Of a DNA stretch of 64,000 bases, positions 33,533 to 42,412 are shown in pieces. Under the pieces are notes generated by a model, which made no database searches, was not told the origin of the DNA, and saw only the letters and a list, made by a program, of their open reading frames with translations. The translations under genes and the position numbers were made by a program. The stretch is from a virus. Its lineage: Duplodnaviria; Caudoviricetes. Location: positions 14,597 to 78,596 of the IMG/VR virus record IMGVR_UViG_3300037797_000133. One strand, given 5' to 3'. Every line of letters begins with the position of its first letter. Position 1 is the stretch's first letter.

Positions 33533-34095
33533 GCATCTTCGACGGTCTCGCCCTCGGCACCTACCGGCTCGTGTGCATCGACCCGCCGTGGCCAGCCGAC
33601 ATCACTCAACGCCTCGGCGGCGCCGGCCGTCGACGTCGCAGCCGGGCAGCCGACCACTACGCCACGATGAGCCTCGACGACATCCGGGCGTTGCCGATCA
33701 GCGACCTCGCCGCCCCCGACGCCTGGTGCGTCCTGTGGGTCACGAACGCCGTCATGACCCGCGGCGACCACGCCGGCCTGCTCGAGGGGTGGGGGTTCCG
33801 TCCGATCACCGCTGTCACCTGGTGCAAGCCGGGCGGCGGTGGGTTGGGCGTCTACTTCCGTGGCGCCACAGAGCACGCCCTGATCGGCGTCAGGGGCACC
33901 GGCACCGTGCCGGCTACGCCGTGGCCCTCCACCTGGTTCCAGGCGGCGAGAACGCATCACAGCGCCAAACCCGACGCGCTCATGGACATCCTCGAGCTGG
34001 TCGGCCCGACACCACGGGTCGAGCTGTTCCAGCGCCGGCCCCGGTTCGGGTGGGATGGCTGGGGCGCCGGCTACGAGTCGCAGGTGTCGGCGTGA
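33529..34095 (+). CDS. MT-A70 family adenine methyltransferase (second copy)
   Basis: CIDPPW, YATMSLDDI, LWVT, WGF...WCK, HSAKP, VELFQR. Confidence 0.9.
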   Translation: MSIFDGLALGTYRLVCIDPPWPADITQRLGGAGRRRRSRAADHYATMSLDDIRALPISDLAAPDAWCVLWVTNAVMTRGDHAGLLEGWGFRPITAVTWCKPGGGGLGVYFRGATEHALIGVRGTGTVPATPWPSTWFQAARTHHSAKPDALMDILELVGPTPRVELFQRRPRFGWDGWGAGYESQVSA

Positions 34096-34358
34096 CCCGC
34101 CTCCGCCGCCACGGAGGCACACCCGAACAGCACACGGCCGGCCCTGGCTCGCTGTGCCTCGGCTGCCACGCCGGCACCCTCCGTCCCGTGGGCGACGTCC
34201 TCGTGTGCGGCGAGTGCCGCCGCCACGTCGACCCGGGCCCGTTCACCGCAGCGCGCCTAGCCGAGCTCGCGGCGGACCGTGGCGTGACCCTCGACTCCGT
34301 CGGGTCGCTGCGCCGCAAGCGGGGGCGAGCGCTGCCCCGAGCGGGAACCCCCACGTAG
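34092..34358 (+). CDS. small zinc-ribbon protein
   Basis: CLGC...CGEC. Confidence 0.5.
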   Translation: MTRLRRHGGTPEQHTAGPGSLCLGCHAGTLRPVGDVLVCGECRRHVDPGPFTAARLAELAADRGVTLDSVGSLRRKRGRALPRAGTPT

Positions 34359-34361
34359 CCC

Positions 34362-35852
34362 ATGGCTGCGCCGATGCTCGCCGTCACCGGCAGGTGCCCA
34401 CACGGCAAGGCATCGGCGCGCCTGTGCGCCTTCTGCATCGCCGCCGAGTCGTTCGCTCCGCCGCCGCCCGAGCGTGTCTCGCCGGTGGCGTTCGCTGAGC
34501 GCTACAGCCGCGGCCAGTACAAGCGGTTCCGTCACGTCGAGATCATCGAGGAGGCGATCCTCGACACCATCGCTACCGGGGGGCGGCTGATCCTGTCCGC
34601 CTCGGTGCGCCACTCGAAGTCGCAGACGGCGTCGATGTGGTTCCCGGCCTGGTACCTCGGCACTCACCCGGACAAGCGGGTGATCCTCGCCGGGCACGAG
34701 GCCGACTTCGCTGCCCGCTGGGGGAGAGCGGCGAGGGACATCCTCACCGAGCACGGTCCGGAGGTGTTCGGCGTCGAGGTGTCCCGCCGCAGCGAAGCGG
34801 CGAACCGCTGGGATCTCGCCCGCCCACACGTCGGCGGCATGCTCACCGTCGGCGTAGGAGGGAGCCCGATAGGCCGTGGCGCCGACCTCATGGTCCTCGA
34901 CGATGTGTGCAAGTCGTTCGAGGACGCCATGTCCCCGCTGAAACGCCGCCGGCTGATCGACTGGTGGACGGGCACCATGGCCAGCCGCATCGAACCCGGG
35001 GGCGCTGTGATCCTCATCCAGGCCCGATGGCACGAAGAGGACTTGGCCGGGTTCCTGCTGCGCGAGGCGCCCGAGGTGTGGAAGGAGCTGCGCCTCCCGG
35101 CGCTGTGCGACGACCCCGAGAACGACCCGATGGGCCGCGATCTCGGCGAGGCCCTGTGGCCGGAGCGGTGGCCGAAGGAAGCGCTCGAGGAGCGTCGCAG
35201 GGAGGTGTCGCTGTCGCTGGGCGAGGTGGTGTGGCGGGCCCAGTACCAGCAGCGCCCGACCCGGCCCGAGGGTGGCATGTTCCCGGAGGACCGGTGGGAG
35301 TTCGTGTCGGCCGAGCGGTACGACTGGAACCCGAGGTGGGTCCGGTCGTGGGATCTGGCGGCGACGTCGGGCGGCGGCGACTACACGGTCGGCGTGCTGA
35401 TCGGTGCGCTCGACGACGGACGCACCCTGATCCGTGATGTGCGGCGGGGCCAGTGGTCGGCGGACGAGGTGCGCGACCAGATCCGCCGGGCGGCACAGGA
35501 CGATCCGTCCGGGACGAGGGTGGAGCTGCCGCAGGACCCGGGGCAGGCGGGCAAGGACCAGGTGCAGCAGCTGACCCGCATGCTGTCCGGCTACGACGTC
35601 CACTCACAGCCGGTCACCGGGTCGAAGGAGGTGCGGGCTACGGGTCTGTCGGCGCAGCAGCGGGCCCGCAACGTGCTGCTGTGGGAGGCGCCATGGAACG
35701 GCCCGTTCATCGCCGAGCTGGCGGCTTTTCCACAGGCCGCTCACGACGATCAGGTCGACGGGGCGACGGGCGGGTTCGATGCGTTGCACCGCGGGTCGGG
35801 TCCGGTGCAGGAGTCGAGCTGGAAGGACTACGGGCGCCTGTCCCGCAGGTAG
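34362..35852 (+). CDS. terL: terminase large subunit
   Basis: Walker A variant SASVRHSKS, GRGADLMVLDD, QARWHEEDLAG, YQQRP, nuclease RSWDLA...HDDQVD. Confidence 0.92.
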   Translation: MAAPMLAVTGRCPHGKASARLCAFCIAAESFAPPPPERVSPVAFAERYSRGQYKRFRHVEIIEEAILDTIATGGRLILSASVRHSKSQTASMWFPAWYLGTHPDKRVILAGHEADFAARWGRAARDILTEHGPEVFGVEVSRRSEAANRWDLARPHVGGMLTVGVGGSPIGRGADLMVLDDVCKSFEDAMSPLKRRRLIDWWTGTMASRIEPGGAVILIQARWHEEDLAGFLLREAPEVWKELRLPALCDDPENDPMGRDLGEALWPERWPKEALEERRREVSLSLGEVVWRAQYQQRPTRPEGGMFPEDRWEFVSAERYDWNPRWVRSWDLAATSGGGDYTVGVLIGALDDGRTLIRDVRRGQWSADEVRDQIRRAAQDDPSGTRVELPQDPGQAGKDQVQQLTRMLSGYDVHSQPVTGSKEVRATGLSAQQRARNVLLWEAPWNGPFIAELAAFPQAAHDDQVDGATGGFDALHRGSGPVQESSWKDYGRLSRR

Positions 35853-35872
35853 CCCGACGTACGATCGTCGGC

Positions 35873-36106
35873 ATGCCAGGCGATAGCGAACCCCAGCTCA
35901 TGTACTACGAGCAGCCCGAGGGCGCTCCTGAGCTGCTCACCCGCGTGGACCCGGCGTCGCCGTTGGCAGTGCACACGGCCGCGGGCTGGGTCATCTACGA
36001 CCGGCAGCCGGACGGCTCGATGAGGGAGCGTGAGGGCGGTCCGTTCGCCGAGTTGCACTGCGTGGTGACGAACCCCCTCCCACCTGCATCCGCTGTTCGC
36101 CCGTAA
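35873..36106 (+). CDS. leaderless hypothetical protein
   Basis: TACGAT -10 box at 35860, ATG 7 nt later. Confidence 0.55.
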   Translation: MPGDSEPQLMYYEQPEGAPELLTRVDPASPLAVHTAAGWVIYDRQPDGSMREREGGPFAELHCVVTNPLPPASAVRP

Positions 36107-36173
36107 CGCCACTACCACCATCGGCGTTCTTCGGTAGGGCCACTCGGCCCTGCGACTCAATGAGGAGCGCTAC

Positions 36174-36992
36174 GTGAGACCCTTCCGTATCTCGGCTGTC
36201 CTACTGACGGCCGGCCTGTTCCTGGCCGTCGGCGCCACGGGTGCCCCCGCCCCCGCTTCGGCTGCCCCGGCGACGTGTGGCCCGCATCTCAACGAGGTGG
36301 AGATCGCCTCGCGTCGGCCGCACTGCACGACCACGACCACGGTCGCTGTGCCCGTCGCGATCACCCCCGACCTCCCGACCCTCGTGTGCGTGGACGGCAA
36401 GACGTTCCTGTCGGTCCCGGAGCCGCCCCTCGGCGTCGCCGGCTACCGCCTCAACGACGAGCCGGTCGAAGGCACGGTCGAGATCGAGGACGGCACCCAC
36501 ACGGTGAGCGTCGTGCTGCTCGACGGCTACGTCCTCGAAGACGGCGCTGCGGCCGAGGCGGAGATCGAGGCGCCGATCGCCGACTGCACCCCGCCGGTCG
36601 AGACCACGACGACCACGGAGGCCCCGGTCGAGACGACCACGACGGTCGTGGACACGGTGCCGGAGACGACGACCACCGTCGCCGAGACGACCACCACGGT
36701 GCCCGAGACCACGGTCCCCGGTGTGACGGAGCCGACGTGCGCCGACTACCCGGGCATGAACATCCCCCGCGACGACCCCCGCTACCGGCCCGCCCTCGAC
36801 GCTGACGGCGACGGCATCGCGTGTGAGTCCGCTGTGGACAACGCCGTGTCGTTCACGCCTGTCGCCCGGGGCGGGGAGCTGCCGCGGACCGGGTCGACGG
36901 TCGCGCCGTGGGTGGCAGCAGGTGCCGCTCTGCTCCTCATCGGCGGGGCGCTCGTCGCTCTATCGTCGAAGGGCGCGCTGCTGCGCCGCTAG
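36174..36992 (+). CDS. secreted LPXTG-anchored surface protein with Excalibur Ca-binding domain
   Basis: Signal peptide, Thr-rich stalk, CADY...YRPALDADGDGIACE, LPRTG + TM + basic tail. Confidence 0.85.
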   Translation: MRPFRISAVLLTAGLFLAVGATGAPAPASAAPATCGPHLNEVEIASRRPHCTTTTTVAVPVAITPDLPTLVCVDGKTFLSVPEPPLGVAGYRLNDEPVEGTVEIEDGTHTVSVVLLDGYVLEDGAAAEAEIEAPIADCTPPVETTTTTEAPVETTTTVVDTVPETTTTVAETTTTVPETTVPGVTEPTCADYPGMNIPRDDPRYRPALDADGDGIACESAVDNAVSFTPVARGGELPRTGSTVAPWVAAGAALLLIGGALVALSSKGALLRR

Positions 36993-37039
36993 GTCGTTCG
37001 GGCACAAGACGTCCCCAGCCGTCGCCCGAGCTAGAGCAC

Positions 37040-37072
37040 CCGCCCGCCGGTCCCCCCTTAACCGGCGGGCGG
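37040..37072 (+). terminator. hairpin terminator
   Basis: 12-bp stem CCGCCCGCCGGT/ACCGGCGGGCGG. Confidence 0.65.
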
Positions 37073-37140
37073 TGTCGCGTCTGGGCACTGGTGCGCGCCT
37101 GCATCCCGCCTGATCCCCTGGTCTCCGCCACGGTCGGCGG

Positions 37141-39027
37141 GTGGCCGGCACCAACGCACCCGTATTCGACGTCTGGGCGCCGCTCAATCACTTCCTGGCG
37201 ATGGAGGACGACCCCGGGTCGTTCGGTCTCCTCTCACCCAGCTGGATCAGCGCCGAGCATCACCGCCGTTTGCGGGCCTACAAGCTGCTCGCCGCCCTGC
37301 GGTTGAACAACCGGCGCTACTACGCCTCGACGGTCAAGACGGTCTGCGACCAGTTCCGGGAGTACGGCGACGCCGACCTCCTCGTCGACACCACACGGGC
37401 AGGCGTGCTCGGCCGGGACCCCGAGCTGGTCGTCGACGGCGCCGACGTCGATCTGCCCGACGCACCAGTCCTCCCGCCCGAGCCCGAGACGCCGAAGGAC
37501 GAACCGTCGGACTCGCCGTCGGTGTCCGCCGCGATCCGCACCCGGGTGTACGACACGCAGCTGGCCCGCTGGGAGACCGACGCCCTCGCCGCCGTCGACG
37601 AGTGGGAACGCCTGTGGACCGACCTGCCCGGCCTCCAAGAGCGGCAGCGCTGGTACCGGGACTGGGCGAAGAAGGAGTCGTTCTGGGCGAAGATCCACGA
37701 GGGCGAGGGCGACACCGTCGGTCTCGGTGACGGCGTCTACGCGCTGCGCTGGTCGACGAAGAAGAAGCGGGTCAAGCTCGACGTCTTCGACCCGGGCCAC
37801 TACTTCCCGGTCCGGAACCTCGAAGGCGACGACGACGGCTACCCGCGCAAGATCCACCTGGCGTGGGAGTTCGAGGACGACGACGGCAAGAAGTTCGTGC
37901 GTCGCCTCACCTGGGAACTCGGCCCGATCGAACCGGTGGGCGACAGCCTGCGGGTCGGAGACCGCTACGCCGCCGACGGCCGCATCGTCCGCGACCTCCC
38001 GTGGGTCGACCCCGACGAGGACGACTACGAGCCTGCGGCGGAGACCTGCTACTTCTCGGCCGGCGTCTGGGACCTGAGCAAGGTCCGGTCGCTCACTTCC
38101 CTGGCTGACGTGTCCGACGGCGCCGCCCGGTGGGACGAGAACGAGGACGGCACCCCGGCGTACCGCGTCGACCTCGGCGTGGACTTCATCCCGGTCGTGC
38201 ATGTCCCCGACACCCCGACGGGTCGGGAGCACTTCGGGGCGTCGGTCCTGCTGCGTGTCGCTCAGCTGCTCGGCGACATCTCCGTTGGCGACACCGACTC
38301 GGCCGCCGCGTCCGAGCTCGCGGCGGGTCCGGCGATCTCCCTGTCCGCCTCGGTGAACGCCGGGGAGACGCTGCACGTCCGACCCGGCGCCGTCTACCAG
38401 GTGGGCGAAGGCGGGCGCATGGACGTGCTCGACCTGTCGACCGGGCTGGCCGAGCTGCGCAAGCGGGTCGTGGAGCTGCGCGACTTGCTGTCCGTCAACG
38501 CCCAGGTGCCCGGGGTGGCGCTCGGTCGCATCGACCCGGGCGAGGCCCCGTCGGGTGTGGCGCTGGCGATGCTGTTCTCCCCGTTCGGGCAGCTCGTGGG
38601 CGCACTCCGGATGGTCCGCGAGGAGAAGTACGGGCTCATGCTCCGGATGGTCGCCAGGCTTAGTCAGGTCGGGGGGGCCCTCGAGCCTGGTCCGAACCCG
38701 CCGGCCGGCATCGCTTTCGGCCCGTTCCTGCCGACGGACCGGACGGCTGTGGTCAACGAGGTCGCATCGCTGCTGGAAGCGGGCGCCATCTCCCGTCAGT
38801 CCGCCGTACAGACCCTTGTCGCCGCCGGCTGGACGATGGACGACGCCAGAGGCGAGGTCGACCGCATCCGGCTTGATCGTGAGGACGCTCGGTCAATTGC
38901 GGACGCAACAGGGTCGGAGCAGCTTGGCGCCGACTACCTCGGGATGGAGCTGCCAGATACGGCAGCTCCCACCGTGTCTGCCCCTCAGATCTCACTCCCT
39001 GGCGCCATCGCTGACCAGGTAGAATGA
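37141..39027 (+). CDS. portal protein
   Basis: 628 aa, between terminase and scaffold/capsid; APSGVAL...IS...AV pattern. Confidence 0.75.
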   Translation: MAGTNAPVFDVWAPLNHFLAMEDDPGSFGLLSPSWISAEHHRRLRAYKLLAALRLNNRRYYASTVKTVCDQFREYGDADLLVDTTRAGVLGRDPELVVDGADVDLPDAPVLPPEPETPKDEPSDSPSVSAAIRTRVYDTQLARWETDALAAVDEWERLWTDLPGLQERQRWYRDWAKKESFWAKIHEGEGDTVGLGDGVYALRWSTKKKRVKLDVFDPGHYFPVRNLEGDDDGYPRKIHLAWEFEDDDGKKFVRRLTWELGPIEPVGDSLRVGDRYAADGRIVRDLPWVDPDEDDYEPAAETCYFSAGVWDLSKVRSLTSLADVSDGAARWDENEDGTPAYRVDLGVDFIPVVHVPDTPTGREHFGASVLLRVAQLLGDISVGDTDSAAASELAAGPAISLSASVNAGETLHVRPGAVYQVGEGGRMDVLDLSTGLAELRKRVVELRDLLSVNAQVPGVALGRIDPGEAPSGVALAMLFSPFGQLVGALRMVREEKYGLMLRMVARLSQVGGALEPGPNPPAGIAFGPFLPTDRTAVVNEVASLLEAGAISRQSAVQTLVAAGWTMDDARGEVDRIRLDREDARSIADATGSEQLGADYLGMELPDTAAPTVSAPQISLPGAIADQVE

Positions 39028-39064
39028 CGAGGAGTGGCCGGGGCGTGCTCGAACACCCCCGGCC
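39020..39064 (+). promoter_or_regulatory. -10 box plus leader hairpin with TGCTCGAACA loop
   Basis: TAGAAT at the portal 3' end; stem GGCCGGGG/CCCCGGCC. Confidence 0.6.
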
Positions 39065-39086
39065 GTGGTCAACCACCTAGTGAGAG

Positions 39087-39764
39087 GTGATCGACGTGCC
39101 TGAGCGTACGTGTTCTGTCGACGGCTGTGCTCAGCCGCACAAGGCCCGTGGCTACTGCTCGAAGCACTACCAGCGGTTCACGAAGTTCGGCGACCCGCTG
39201 AAGGTCGGCTACACCCAGAGTCCGCCCCAGTGCATCGTCGACGGCTGCGCCGGCGTAGTCCTTGCCCGCGGCTGGTGTCGCAGGCACTACTACCGCTGGA
39301 GCACCCATGGGGATCCGCTCGCAGGCAGAGCGTTCGCGCGGCCCCACCCGGAACGGTGCACGGTCGACGGCTGTGAGAAGCCTCACTTCTGTCAGGACTT
39401 CTGCTCGGGCCACTACGCCCGTTGGAAGAAGCACGGCGACCCCAACTACGTCCCGTTCAGCGCTTGGGCGGAGCAGCGCTTCTGGCCGCAGGTGGACAAG
39501 TCCGGGCCGCCATCGAGGTACAGGCCAGACCTTGGCCCGTGTTGGCTGTGGCTCGGTCCACTCAACCGTCACGGATATGGCATCTACAGCAACAAGCGCA
39601 CGCACCGCATCGCCTACGAGCTTCTCGTCGGTGCCGTGCCGCGGGGCCTTGAGCTGGACCACCTGTGCCGTGTGCGCAACTGCTGCAACCCGGCACACCT
39701 CGAAGCCGTCACCCACCAGGTGAACGCCAAGCGCGGGGCCGAGGCCAGGGCCGCCGGCTACTAG
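39087..39764 (+). CDS. HNH homing endonuclease with three N-terminal zinc-finger repeats
   Basis: 3x C..DGC.....G.C..HY.R; CWLW, GYG, HRIAY, LDHLCRVRNCCNPAHLE. Confidence 0.9.
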   Translation: MIDVPERTCSVDGCAQPHKARGYCSKHYQRFTKFGDPLKVGYTQSPPQCIVDGCAGVVLARGWCRRHYYRWSTHGDPLAGRAFARPHPERCTVDGCEKPHFCQDFCSGHYARWKKHGDPNYVPFSAWAEQRFWPQVDKSGPPSRYRPDLGPCWLWLGPLNRHGYGIYSNKRTHRIAYELLVGAVPRGLELDHLCRVRNCCNPAHLEAVTHQVNAKRGAEARAAGY

Positions 39765-39808
39765 CTGCATCCGCTAGCCAGGACGAGGAGGGGCCACGGT
39801 CGCACGCC

Positions 39809-40024
39809 GTGGCCCCTCCTGTCGCGCCATCCCTCCTCGACCGGGCGCAGGCTGCCCTGCATCGTGTCGTCCACTACCGGTCGACGTACTGCCTCCACCG
39901 CTTGCACGACGACTGCCGGCTCACCTGCGTGATCTGCAACGGGCCGTGCTGGTGCTGGTGTCACCGCACCGAGCGGCGCCGGTTGCAGTGGGACGCCTGG
40001 CTGCGCTCCTTCGGACGCCGGTGA
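39809..40024 (+). CDS. small Cys/His-rich protein
   Basis: YCLH..HDDCRLTC..C.GPC.C.CH; GTG at leaderless position of a CTGCATCC promoter. Confidence 0.6.
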   Translation: MAPPVAPSLLDRAQAALHRVVHYRSTYCLHRLHDDCRLTCVICNGPCWCWCHRTERRRLQWDAWLRSFGRR

Positions 40025-40644
40025 CCCCGTACTACGACGAGGACGGGATCACCATCTTCCACGGGGATTGCCGGGAGGTGGACGCCTGGCTGTCCGCTGA
40101 CGTGCTGGCCACCGATCCGCCGTACGGCATCGCCTTCAAGAGCGGGTGGACAGGAAGCGCGATCGCCAACGATGAAACGCTGGCCGCGCGTGACGCCGTC
40201 CTCGCTGCTTGGGGTGATCGGCCGTCGCTCGTCTTCGGTTCGCCGGGGCGAGCAGAGCCGCAGGGGGTGGTCGGGCGCCTCGTGTGGCACCGCCCTGGCT
40301 CAGGCATGGGCGACTTGTCGCTGCCATGGAAGCCCGACTGGGAGATCGTCTACGTGCTCGGGTCGGGCTTCGTCGGCACCCGCCGCGGGAGCGCCGTCCT
40401 GACCTACCCATGGGACGTCTTCCGGGGTAGCGCTCTCCATCCCCACCAGAAGCCCCTCGGGCTCATGCGCGACCTGCTCGCCAAGTGCCCCCCGGGAGCG
40501 ATCGCCGACCCGTTCATGGGTTCGGGCTCGACGCTCCGCGCGGCGAAGGACCTCGGCCGCCGGGCCATAGGCGTTGAGCTGGACGAGCGGTACTGCGAGG
40601 TTGCCGCCAAGCGTCTCGCCCAGGGCGTGCTCGCCTTCGGATGA
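40021..40644 (+). CDS. beta-class N4/N6 DNA methyltransferase
   Basis: GDCRE, TDPPYG, HPHQKP, DPFMGSGST, GVELDERYC. Confidence 0.92.
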   Translation: MTPYYDEDGITIFHGDCREVDAWLSADVLATDPPYGIAFKSGWTGSAIANDETLAARDAVLAAWGDRPSLVFGSPGRAEPQGVVGRLVWHRPGSGMGDLSLPWKPDWEIVYVLGSGFVGTRRGSAVLTYPWDVFRGSALHPHQKPLGLMRDLLAKCPPGAIADPFMGSGSTLRAAKDLGRRAIGVELDERYCEVAAKRLAQGVLAFG

Positions 40645-40783
40645 CGGCGTGCGTCCCCGAGACCGGCTGAGGCTCCGCTGGCTGGTGTGGCGCCGCCGGC
40701 TCCCCGGCCGCAGCGTCGTCGTCGCCTGGCGTTGGCGCCGCTTTCGCCGGGGCCCGTGGTGGCACGGACGTAGCTGACCTGCA

Positions 40784-40822
40784 CTGCATCCCCCGGGGCA
40801 CCTGGGTGTCCACGGACCATCG
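40784..40822 (+). promoter_or_regulatory. late promoter motif CTGCATCC...GACCATCG (one of 10 copies)
   Basis: Near-identical to 51013-51051; other CTGCATCC copies at 22145, 32892, 36084, 37099, 39765, 49293, 53072, 61711. Confidence 0.7.
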
Positions 40823-40899
40823 CTACTGACCGGCAGTCGTAGGGCTGTCGGGCGGACACCCCGATCCGTCAACGGGGGAGCGAGACCCACGGAGGACCG

Positions 40900-41622
40900 A
40901 TGCCCGAGAACGAGACCGCCACCAGCACCGAGACCACCGCCCCGAGCGGGGACAACGGCGCGCCCAGCGGCAGCGAAGGCACGAGCCCCACCAACGTCAC
41001 CGTCAACGCACCGGCCCCGCAGACCGAGGCCGAGGCGAAGTTCACGCAGGCGGACCTCGACAAGCACGCCGGCCGACGGGCCAACGAAGCGAAGCGAGCC
41101 CGCGACAAAGAGATCGCCGACGCCCTCGGCGTCCCGATCGACAAGGCCAGGGAGATCATCGCCGAGCGGCAGGCGGCCGAAGAGGCCGCCAAGTCCGAGG
41201 CCGACAAGCTCCGCGACCAGCTCGCCGCCGTCGAACGCGAGCGGGACACAGCGACCGCCGCAGCGGCCCAGGAGCGGTTCCAGTCCCGGATGCGTTCCCG
41301 GCTCGCCAACGACGGCGTGCCCCCCAAGTCGCTCGACCGGGCCCTGAAGATGGTCGACCTTCCCGTCGACGCCAGCGACGACGACATCGCCGCCGAGGTC
41401 GAGTCCCTCCGCGACGCCGTGCCCGGCCTGTTCGCCCCGCCCGCCGGAGAGCCGGCCCGGCCCCCCGCCCCGTCCGGTGTCACCGCCGCCGCCGTTCCCC
41501 CGGCCGGCGGTCACGCCCCGCAGTCCCTGCTCGAGAAGGGCGCCGCCGCAGCAAGGGCGCGGTTCCCCCAGAACGACCCCGACCGCGACCCCTTCCAACG
41601 GCTCACCGGCCGTCGCTCCTAG
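40900..41622 (+). CDS. capsid scaffolding protein
   Basis: Acidic/Thr N-terminus, FTQADLD, coiled coil, position before capsid genes. Confidence 0.8.
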   Translation: MPENETATSTETTAPSGDNGAPSGSEGTSPTNVTVNAPAPQTEAEAKFTQADLDKHAGRRANEAKRARDKEIADALGVPIDKAREIIAERQAAEEAAKSEADKLRDQLAAVERERDTATAAAAQERFQSRMRSRLANDGVPPKSLDRALKMVDLPVDASDDDIAAEVESLRDAVPGLFAPPAGEPARPPAPSGVTAAAVPPAGGHAPQSLLEKGAAAARARFPQNDPDRDPFQRLTGRRS

Positions 41623-41637
41623 AGGAGATCCAACTCC

Positions 41638-42375
41638 ATGCCCCAGCTGACCCCGGCGGAGAACGCCAACCTCGTCCAGGACGACGGACGGTGGCGCGGC
41701 GACACCGGCAACCCGGTGTACCCGAACGAGACGATCGCCCTCGACAAGTCGGCCTTCACCGGCACCTGGACCAACGGGTTCATCCCGTCGGGTGTCGCCC
41801 TCGCCCAGCTGACGGCCACGAAGCTGTACGTCCCGTACGGCGGCAACGCCTCCGAGGTGCAGAGCCTCATCGCGACGGGCGCCTCGGCCGGCACGTTCAC
41901 CCTCACCTTCGACGGTGAGACCACCGCCGCGATCGCCTGGAACGCCAACGCCGCCGCCGTCCAGTCGGCGCTCGAAGCGCTGTCCAGCGTGAACCCCGGC
42001 GACATCACGGCCGCTGGCGGCCCGCTGCCCGGCACCGCTGTGACGCTCACGTTCGGCGGCCAGTACGGCGGCACGAACGTCCCGGCGATCACCGGCAACT
42101 CCGGTTCGCTGACCGGTGGCACCGCCACCATCACGACGCCGACCGCCGGCGGTTCCGCCTCGTCGGACGGCTCGCAGACCTTCGCCGGTCTCCTCTACGC
42201 CCCCGTCGCCTACGGGCTCGGCAACGCCGCAGGCGACGACCTGCTCGGCGCCCTGTTCGTCGGCGGCACCGTCTTCCAGGAGTTCCTCCCCGTGCAGGTG
42301 GCCGGGCCGGGCTTCGTCGATGCCGACGCCGTGGCCGATGCCCGGCACATCCGCTTCATCCCGAAGCCGGTCTGA
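41638..42375 (+). CDS. head decoration protein
   Basis: Between scaffold and MCP; IPSGVAL...FAGLLY, with inserted Ig-like GTFTLTF...AVQSALEAL domain. Confidence 0.7.
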   Translation: MPQLTPAENANLVQDDGRWRGDTGNPVYPNETIALDKSAFTGTWTNGFIPSGVALAQLTATKLYVPYGGNASEVQSLIATGASAGTFTLTFDGETTAAIAWNANAAAVQSALEALSSVNPGDITAAGGPLPGTAVTLTFGGQYGGTNVPAITGNSGSLTGGTATITTPTAGGSASSDGSQTFAGLLYAPVAYGLGNAAGDDLLGALFVGGTVFQEFLPVQVAGPGFVDADAVADARHIRFIPKPV

Positions 42376-42412
42376 CCCAACCCGTCTGACGGACTGAATC
42401 AAGGAGCCCTGA

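Noticed and set aside
36600-36720. ACCACG-type repeats
   Set aside because: Explained by the Thr-rich stalk (ETTTTV) of the surface protein.
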